This document shows positions 54,523 to 64,000 of a stretch of 64,000 nt of DNA, in pieces. Below the pieces are notes generated by a model. That model searched no databases. It saw only the letters and a list, made by a program, of their open reading frames with translations, and was not told where the DNA came from. Location of the stretch: the NCBI RefSeq assembly GCF_006345805.1, contig NC_043011.1:4650001-4714000 (forward strand). Reading direction: 5' to 3'. How positions within the stretch are numbered: the stretch's first letter is position 1; the number at the start of each line of letters is the position of its first letter. This DNA is from Octopus sinensis (lineage: Eukaryota). A program made the position numbers and the translations under genes.

Positions 54523-54689
54523 CAAATAAGAAAATGGAGAAATATATCCAAATCAAATATCAACTACCAGATAATACCCAATCACATACTTTATTAAACC
54601 ACTACATAAGAAACTTTAAGGTCAAACATAATAATATAGAACAAAACAATGTACTTAAAGGAGTGTACATAAAGGAGTAATATGATACA

Positions 54690-54903
54690 ATAAGTACAAT
54701 ATGTATAAGAGAATATATATGCTGGACCGCTGAAATTTACAGGTTTATTTTATTTCTCTCTTTTTTATTTTCTTTTATTCCTTTCTGTTGAAGAGCATAG
54801 TCTCGAAACGTAAAATACTTTTTCATTTTCCCGTGCGTCAAACTAATAAACTTCCTTGTTGTTCATACACCTGTCTTCGTCTTTTGTTTTTCTATAAATC
54901 CCC

Positions 54904-54910
<7 letters not shown>
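54690..54910 (+). mobile_element. HHR-like mini-element (A6U core family); motif 54782-54815
   Basis: UUU-CUGUUGA-A-GAG(CAUAGU)CUC-GAAAC-GUA|AAA; ends in (TA)n. Confidence 0.7.
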
Positions 54911-54977
<67 letters not shown>

Positions 54978-54987
54978 CATTAGCACA

Positions 54988-55016
<29 letters not shown>

Positions 55017-55018
<2 letters not shown>

Positions 55019-55636
55019 TGCATAAGTTCGTGGGTAAGGTCAAAACAATGCGAAGTAAATGCAAGATAAATCACAAGAAAACAAATATGTGAATTAATGT
55101 AGACTTACCTTGTATTAAATATTTCGGGGTTATGACCCCATTTTCAAGAAATAGACGAATGTTGCCGATGTACGTGTGTGTAAGTGTGTGTGGAGTGGAC
55201 ATGTGCGGAAAGGTGTTGCTATAGCAACCAGCTAGCTTTCTATAACTTTGCTTCTATTGTTGATCTTGGGGTTTCTTTTGGTGTATGAGGATGGCCTCAG
55301 AGATTCTAAGGCTGCCCCTGTTCCGCTGTGTCGCCTTGAGGTGTTCTGTGAATTCCTGGGTCTGACATTTCCGTAGATGTTTCTTCGCGGAAGTGTCTGC
55401 CTGTATGTGTTCCTTAATGCGTATTTGCAGTTTTCTTGTCGTGCTTCCGATGTAGGATGCGCCACATGTGCCACAGATGATCTCATATACGACATAGATC
55501 CTCTGGCACAATTCAGGGTCATTGATGGGGAAGTGGACTCCTCCGAGTAATGAGAGGTGTTGTTCTTGGGTAGAGCTTATCTCAGAAAAGCTCTGCTCAA
55601 GAACATGATCGAACTGCCCCATCAGTGACCCTGAAT
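55017..55636 (-). mobile_element. Truncated PLE copy (GIY-YIG plus pseudo-LTR with HHR 55115-55150) ending in a short fold-back inversion near 55585
   Basis: YVVYEIICGTCGASYIGSTTRKLQIRIKEH. After the junction, agaaaagctctgctcaagaac...tcgaactgccccatcagtgaccctgaatt runs in plus orientation. Confidence 0.88.
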
Positions 55637-55645
55637 TTTATGTGT

Positions 55646-55683
<38 letters not shown>

Positions 55684-56211
55684 TGTGTGTGATGTGTGGT
55701 GGTGGTGATGGTGGTGGTGTCTGTTCGCGTGCGTGTGCGTGCACTTGTGTGTAGTGAAAAGTATGAGAACGAAAATACACAGAATGCATATATTTTTCCA
55801 TGAGTTAAAATATTTCCATCGTCATCCGGTTTCGCTTTTGCTAATCGTGACTGAGAGATTAGTAAAATATTACAATTTCATGGTATTATAAGGAGATTTT
55901 AGTCCATGTCACTAACAGGAAAGTTGTTTCGCAAATCTAAATAATCTAAGGTGAGGTAATTAGTGTTGTTATTATCAGAGGCAAAGGAAGTAATTACTCT
56001 TTTTTTAAAGAGGAATTGAGACTATTTATATGACGAAGTGAAAAATTTATGAATCAAGATATTTACAGAATTCCAAATTGTTTCTGTGTTCCTGTCCAGG
56101 CTCGGTTGTACTTTTTAAGTAAACTTATTCTCTTTACTCAATTATTGTTGTATAGTAATTGTTTCATTGCATTGGCAAATAAAGGAGAACAGTGAACATT
56201 ATATGTGTATG

Positions 56212-56301
<90 letters not shown>

Positions 56302-56388
56302 TATATTATATATATATATTATATATATATATATATATATACCATACATATATATATATATACATATATACATACATACATGATACAT

Positions 56389-56419
<31 letters not shown>

Positions 56420-56533
56420 GCAGCTGAAGATTGCTCTACATTTTAAAACTGATGTAATACTTGCATCGTTTAATTAAATGGAGTCACATAACGATCGTAC
56501 TGCATTACCTTTGGATACCTTGCTTATTTTGAT
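56420..56533 (+). mobile_element. Degenerate long-stem-II HHR element in (TA)n; unfolded relative of the 15339-15494 palindrome
   Basis: GCAG-CUGAAGA-...-CAU-(AAC)-GAUC-GUA|CUGC; GAAAC is damaged. Confidence 0.6.
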
Positions 56534-56544
56534 TATTTATATAT

Positions 56545-56582
<38 letters not shown>

Positions 56583-56739
56583 TATCGTGCAAAAGTCTCA
56601 GTAAATTTTTGCTAATTGCCAACTTATAAGTGGAAGTTTCGCATTGCGTTTTATACAGGTGAAACATTGACCTTGGGGTAATTTTACATAAACCAATCAC
56701 GATACAAGATTTTAAAAGAGAAAAATGTCTATAATGAAA

Positions 56740-57248
56740 ATACATACGAGGCCCAGTATACCCATGATGTCTATCCGTCTGATAAGGGTGCCTCAGGTAC
56801 ATGCATTACAAACATATGTGCGTGACATGGTGATCTCATATCAAGATAAACAACGCATAACCTTGCATGTGTGGCCCAGTTAGAACTTTTTTCAAGTTGA
56901 GTAGTTCATCCCGCTGAAAAGGTCCCTGAATAAGGCTTGTTTAAGGCTGTTGAACGAAACATCCATCTTTCCAGAGGTGAATTATTCAAACCCCAAAGAA
57001 ATCCTCTCCACAAATGTCTATGATGCTACCCACTACTTCTGCTCATGATCAGAGACGAGCATATTGTCAGCCACCAAGGGACATACTCAACTGGTTAAGG
57101 TCAAACAACTGACAAGCAAATCTGTGGTATTGAGCAGAATATTTGCCGTAGCCCGCCTTTTACACTAAGACAAAACATGTACAAAATAACACTTTCAATC
57201 AAGTAAGATGAGAAGCCATGAGAGTCGGTGCCTGGTATTACATCAGGG

Positions 57249-57250
<2 letters not shown>
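56740..57250 (-). repeat. Unclassified ~500-bp interspersed repeat abutting a (TAA)n array
   Basis: A second partial copy lies at 23890-24075; no ORF. Confidence 0.6.
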
Positions 57251-57319
<69 letters not shown>

Positions 57320-57890
57320 ATAAAGGCGGGCGGGCGGGCGAGCTGGCACAATCGTTAGCACGCCTGGCTAGCGGTATTTCGTCTGCCGTTACGTTCTGGG
57401 TTCAAATTCCACCGTTCTATGGAACTGAGTATTGTGGTTATTGCATGCATGAAAGATTGGACACAGTATGGGAAATAAGAGGAGGAGAGCGAGGCCTGAA
57501 CTGAAGGTGTATGATTAGAGGTGGGATAGAGCTAGTTAGTTTCGAAGAGCAGAAACCATTGTTATAGCGGCGGAATAGGTAATGAGACGACACAAAACGT
57601 CTTGGGTTAGAAGCTAGAGTGTGTCTGTGAGTGACGGCATCATATCCAGGAGTCATCTGTTTCACGCAATGAAACCCATTTTATGCACTTGCTCTTAAAA
57701 GCTCCGTCACCACGGATATACGATCGCTTACACCATCGTATTGGCGTGGATAGTAGGCGATGTTGTTTAGTGTGATACGTTAAATACTAGACATAGCCAT
57801 AATTTTTACTGAAGCGTCTAGAAAGGTCATACACTGGGTTATATGATATACAGTAATCCATTGCACATGCGATATTTTGTTAGATATCGC

Positions 57891-58566
57891 ACAGGGTTGT
57901 CAGATAAATTCTTTTGTTTCTTTCAAATGTTATTTCAATTAACGCGGAAAATATTTTGTATCGCAATCTTTTATATTGCTTTGTAGCTGTATTCTTCCTC
58001 TACAACTTTTGTTTACCATTTCTGAAATTTAGAATAAATTTTATCTCTTTTCAGACATGTGACGATGAAGTGCCAAGCATAAAAAAAAATGAACATTTTC
58101 TGCAGCTGCTTCTCTTCGCTTTTAATCAAGGTTCCAAAGCTGCCAAAACTGCGCTAGATATTTGTGCTGTGTGTAGAGAAGGCAAAGGCACCATTACTGG
58201 AGGAACTGTACAGAGATGGTTTTCACGATTCAAGAACCTCTAAGACTCTTCATGTTCCAGCCGACCTGTTCAGTTCAATGAGAATCGATTGATCCGCGCT
58301 ATTTCATTAAGGAAATGGCTCAGCAAATAATATACTTTCATGATATCGTCACCCGTCACCTTCACTTTCTAGCTTCTTGGCTATCGTCAGCATCGTGTAC
58401 TGCAAACATATTTGAACTTATCTAAATGTTTGTTTAATCGCAAAACTACTTTCGCCTTCCCGCTCAGTATATTATTTGACTAAGTTGTTGAAATTGTTGA
58501 TGAAAAATAATCATTAAAAAACAAATGAAAAAACGTAAAGGAACGAATATATCTAACAACCCAATA
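57891..58566 (+). mobile_element. Internally deleted mariner element with degenerate TIRs
   Basis: KKNEHFLQLLLFAFNQGSKAAKTALDICAV...TVQRWFSRFK (Mos1-like HTH); ends gggttgtcagataaattc / gaatatatctaacaacccaata. Confidence 0.8.
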
Positions 58567-59011
58567 CTTATGTCATCCGCATACCTCGTGCTGCGATTTG
58601 TGATATAACAGACACAGTCACAGTCACACACTAGGCCCTAGTATGTAAGAGTGGTCAGTCACACATTGAATAACCTAAAATAAAATAAAACCGCTTTGTG
58701 GTTTCCAGAGTGTCAGGGTTTCTGCATTGTGTCTGTGAGATGTTATTGCTGTAAAGTTAACTATTACATGTTAGTATTACATATGTAACAGCAGCCAGCC
58801 TCCTCTGAAATCCCGCCTCAGTTGAAAACAGGAAGGTACACTGCCAAAAGAATTAACCGTCTCTGGTAACAAACTCTACAACTGTTCATAATAAAGCACC
58901 CTCCTGGGAGAACTCCATTTTCACATCTACCCAAACACACAGGGGTGTCCTCTTTTATCTCGTTTATTTACACACAGCTTGAGGTAAACTGGGAGACAGA
59001 AGCAGGAAAAC

Positions 59012-59047
<36 letters not shown>

Positions 59048-59396
59048 CAAAAGAGAAAGAGAGAATACAAGAAAGGGACAGAGAAAAGAAAGTGACTGAG
59101 AAAATGGAGGGAGCGAAGCGGAGGGAGAGCGAAACGTTAATAGACATAAAAAGAGTAAGTCAATGGATGGAAAGATAGAAGGATTGACGGATTGACGAAG
59201 AAAGATTTGAAAAAAAGAGAGGAGAGTGTGAAAAGGTGTGCGTGTGTGTGTGGTGCGAGAGAGAGAGAGAGAAAGAGAGAAAGGGAGAGAGTCATTGAAA
59301 GATAGAGATAATAAAATGCATTAGCCAAAATACGAAAAAAAATATCTTTATGTGTGTGTGTGTGTGTGTGTTGTGTGTGTGTGTGTGTGTGTGGTG

Positions 59397-59427
<31 letters not shown>

Positions 59428-59937
59428 TGTGCAAATAGATAGGCACTGGGTCAGAGAGAGGGGAAAGGGAGAGTCAGTGAAAAGATGGTATTGAAAAAAA
59501 AAAAAAAAGGTTATAGAGTCGGAATACAGAGAATGATAAAACCATTGATTTACGAAGCGAAAGACAATGAAACAGAGACGTTGAAGAGAAGATGTGCAAA
59601 GACTAACAAATGGAATAACGCAGAAACCAGAGCCCTTAAGAGAAAAAGAAAGTGAGAATGTAAGAGAAGGAGAGGGAGAGAGGAGCGGTGGGAGAGCGAT
59701 AGATATACAAATATGTATAGGGATGTGTAGTAGGGGGGCTGGGTGAGAGAGAGAGAGGGAGCAGAGACAGACAGTCAGACGTATATGATTAATAGATATG
59801 TAGGTGTTGTAGAGACTGACAGGTAGGGAAATACGGAGAGAGTGAGAGAGAAAAAGAGAAAGACAGAGAGAGAGAGAGAGCGAGAGAGAGAGAAACAGAG
59901 AAAGTCAGAGAGAACTATAATATATAGATATGAGTTT

Positions 59938-59984
<47 letters not shown>

Positions 59985-60035
59985 GGTGGTGGTGGTGGTG
60001 GTGGTGGTGGTGATGGTGGTGGTGGTGGTAGTAGT

Positions 60036-60070
<35 letters not shown>

Positions 60071-60238
60071 TAATAGTAGTAAAGAGTGAGAAAGAGAGAC
60101 AGACATATGTTACATGTGCATCTCAGTCCCTTCACTTATATGTGTGTGTGTGTGTATTTGCGTATATATACCATATTATATACATGTATGTATAATACAT
60201 ACATATATGCATATACATACATATATATGTATAATATA

Positions 60239-60289
<51 letters not shown>

Positions 60290-60419
60290 TATATATATAC
60301 TGTTGTGTCTGGGGAGAGTCATTTTCTTTTGGGGCCTTATACATATATATATATATATAATATACACAAAAAACACATACACAAAGAGACAAAAGAGCGA
60401 GTGAGATAGATAGATAGAC

Positions 60420-60466
<47 letters not shown>

Positions 60467-61397
60467 AAGAGAGAGAGAGAGAGATTGTCAAGCAAGGTGG
60501 AACGTTGGGGAAATGAGCCGTGGAAAAAGCATAATTAGAAGAGCAGAGTCGCCGTTCGGTTAGCGTTGGTCCCGTTCCCCTCAGCTAAAAGTCAACCACG
60601 ATACTATATTTGTCAGCAAATGTTTGAAGCGAATCTTCCTCCCATACAAAAGCGATGCCCGGGCTCAGCAGGACTGGCATACATGTTCTGGCTGATGGTG
60701 AGACGGTGATCTCTTCTGACCCCACATTTTTTTTTTTTTTTTTGCTATGTTATGGGAGAACAGATTCAGGGGAACGTGATGAAGAGCGAAAATAGTGAAA
60801 TTGTTTAATCAGACGAATGCATTGGATGTATCCATTCGTCTCTCCTGGATGCCTTAGCTTTTCGCTGCTCAGCCAAGTATTACAGCGATATTCTTGCGGA
60901 ATGTCCGTGAATTTAGTTTGAACTCTGAAATCGCTTATTTTTAGATTTCACATTTTTTTCACTGTAGTATCGTGTGGTAGTAGTGGTAGTAGTGGTAGTA
61001 GTGGTAGTGGTGGTTACGGTGTGCGAGTGGTGTAAGTGCGTGTATGGCTGGGCGAGGTGTGTGTGTGTGTATGAGAGTCGTGGCGATGGTGGTCAAGGCG
61101 GCGGTGGTGGTGGTGGCTGAGAAGGTGGTGGCGGCGACAGCAGCGGTGGTAGTCGTGATAGTCGTGGTGGGAGTGGTGGTTTCGGGTGTGTGACTGGTGT
61201 GCGTGCGTGTATGTGTGTGCGAAGTGAGTGCGAGTGTGTAAGTGAGTGTATACGTGTGAGTATGTGAGGGCCGTGACGATAGTGGTCAAGGAGGCGGTGG
61301 TGGTAGCAGAGAAAGTGGTGACGGCGTCAGCAGCGCCGATGGTGTTGATTGTGGTGGTGGTAGTGTCTGTTTGTATGTGTCGTCGTGCGTGCGTGTA

Positions 61398-61441
<44 letters not shown>

Positions 61442-62063
61442 GTGTATGTGTGCGTGTGTGTATGTATGTGTGTGTGTGTGTGTGTATGTGTGTGTGTGTG
61501 TGTGTGCGTGTGTGAGCATATATCCAATTTGAAATGAAGTGTGCGTTCCGAGTGGTGGGTTGGCACAAGCGTTAGGGCGTCGGTAAAAGTATCCTTTGAA
61601 GTATGTAATCCTGGTCTGCATATTTTTAGTTCGAATCCAGGCGAGGTCAGCTTTATCTTTTATTCTTGCGGGGCTGGTATGATAATGTACCCGTGAAGAA
61701 CTGTTGTTGATGATATTCACGAATCCCATCCCTTGAAAAACCATGACCTTGTGCCCAAATTAGACACGTGTGCTGCGGTTATATATGTTTGAAATGCGAT
61801 GTCATGTATGTACGATTTTGTATTCGGATGTATATTGAATGTGTGAAAAAAGGGAAAGTGGGGTGCAAATAGAGGGGTAGAAAGTTCGTAGCTCGGCTGC
61901 ATTTTAGTCGTAGGAGAATATATTCTCAATACCCTTGGTGTTAAAAATGCCCTAAAACGCAGCCTATCCACGAACTAACAACACACACACACACACACAC
62001 CTTGTATATTTGTGTTCGATTTTGTTTATATGCCCGAGCTGTTTGTTATTCATGTTTACTCTC

Positions 62064-62468
62064 TCTTTTACTCTTTTACTTGTTTCAGTCATTTGATTGC
62101 GGCCATGCTGGAGCACCACCTTTTTAGTCGAGCAAATCGACCCCAGGACTTATTCTTTGTAAGCTTAGTACTTATTCTATCGATCTCTTTTGCCAAACTG
62201 CTAAGTGACGGGGACATAAACACACCAGCATCGGTTGTCAAGCAATGCTAGGGGGACAAACACAGACTCACAAACATATACATATACATATATATATATA
62301 TACATATATACGACGGGCTTCTTTCAGTTTCCGTCTACCAGATCCACTCACAAGGCTTTGGTCGGCCCGAGGCTATAGTAGAAGACACTTGCCCAAGGTG
62401 CCACGCAGTGGGACTGAACCCAGAACCATGTGGTTGGTAAGCAAGCTACTTACCACACAGCCACTCCT
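62064..62468 (-). mobile_element. SINE family A, young full-length copy
   Basis: Highly similar to 40464-40868 and 63442-63850. Confidence 0.92.
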
Positions 62469-62870
62469 GAAAATTTCCCTGGCATAAAAAGTCGGGACAT
62501 GCCAGCAGATGGTTCTTGGTCCATTTAAGCATATTGTCATGGTCTCTGACAGATTACAACGGGCTTTGTTCTGTACGCGGCATTGAAAGTAATGAAACAT
62601 CGAAGTTGCTCCAGGAAGATACATGATGTGAATTGTCACGCTTGCCTATGACTTATTTTCAGGTGTTTTAACACCAGGCGCATTGAGAATATTGTCTCTT
62701 ACGTCTAAAACGCTGCCAAACTATGAACTTAAAAACTCACACATCTTGTGTATGTGCGTTCGATTTTGTTTGTATACCTCAAGCTGCTTCTGATTCATAT
62801 TTGAATATATATACATACATATATATATATATTATATATATAGATAAACATACATACATACATACATACA

Positions 62871-62938
<68 letters not shown>

Positions 62939-63070
62939 TTGTTTACATACATACATGCATGCACACACGTATGTATATATACATATAAATACAAATATAA
63001 ATATATATTTATGTGTATATAAGCATGTGTATGGTATATAATATACACACATACAATATCCATTTACATA

Positions 63071-63105
<35 letters not shown>

Positions 63106-63410
63106 GATATATATATATATATACCGGAGTAAACACATAAATGTGAAACAAGAGTACTCAAATACCAGTGGTAGAGTAATATGCTTTATTTAAAGCAGCA
63201 GAAAATTCAACAAAATCTGTTACTCTGAGTTTCTCGTTGCCGTTCATATATATATATATATACACACACATACATACATATATACGTATTTAATCCAACC
63301 GGGGATTTAACCCAAAACCATGTGGCTGGAAAGCAAGCTTCTTACCACACAACAGTACCTATTTGCTGTCCTTTCACCTGTCATTTCTTCTGCATATTTT
63401 TGCATATATT

Positions 63411-63441
<31 letters not shown>

Positions 63442-63850
63442 ACTCTTTTACTCTTTTACTTGTTTCAGTCATTTGACTGTGGCTGTGCTGGAGCACCACC
63501 TTTAATCGAGCAAATCGACCCCGGGACTTATTCTTTGTAAGCCCAGTACTTATTCTATCGGTCTCCTTTGCTGAAACGCTAAGTTACGAGGACATAAACA
63601 CACCAGCATCGATTGTCAAGCAATGCTAGGGGGACAAACACAGACACACAAACCCCCCCCACACACATATATATATATACATATATACGACGGGCTTCTT
63701 TCAGTTTCCGTCTACCAAATCCACTCACAATGCTTTGGTCGGCCCGAGGCTATAGTAGAAGACACTTGCCCAAGGTGCCACGCAGTGGGACTGAACCCGG
63801 AACCATGTGGTTGGTAAGCAAGCTACTTACCACACAGCCACTCCTGAGCC
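63442..63850 (-). mobile_element. SINE family A, young full-length copy
   Basis: Highly similar to 62064-62468. Confidence 0.92.
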
Positions 63851-64000
63851 TATAATGTATATATATGTATATAACATTAACTTAGAATCGCGAAAACATT
63901 GTCACACATCATCTTAAAAAACACTGCTTTGACGGGTGGTAGCGTTGTTGCGTTATGACTGTTGATGTAGAAACAGTTTGGGGAGAAAGCACGATGACAT

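Overview
AT-rich, microsatellite-saturated animal DNA, most likely octopus (inferred from the SINE repertoire and the extreme simple-repeat density). No host gene can be called with confidence, and nearly all long ORFs in the track are microsatellite artefacts. The window is a transposon mosaic: three tRNA-headed SINE families, R4/Dong-like restriction-endonuclease LINE fragments next to (TAA)n or (CATA)n arrays, L1/Tx1- and RTE-like LINE relics, Tc1/mariner relics (one with DD41D spacing), non-autonomous Helitrons, MITE-like elements, and a composite ~4.7 kb Penelope-like element (PLE; RT YVDD plus GIY-YIG). The main hidden signal is a set of minimal type I hammerhead ribozyme (HHR) motifs from at least four sequence families. 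Almost all sit in small non-coding elements embedded in (TA)n arrays. They include a ~345-bp near-perfect palindrome with an intact HHR on each strand, a palindrome folded back on the HHR stem II region, a U3:A8 core-variant HHR next to a conserved putative intron in the PLE terminal repeat, and a family with a shared A6U core change. All calls are by eye; ribozyme activity, family names and several boundaries (+/- tens of bp) need computational or experimental confirmation.
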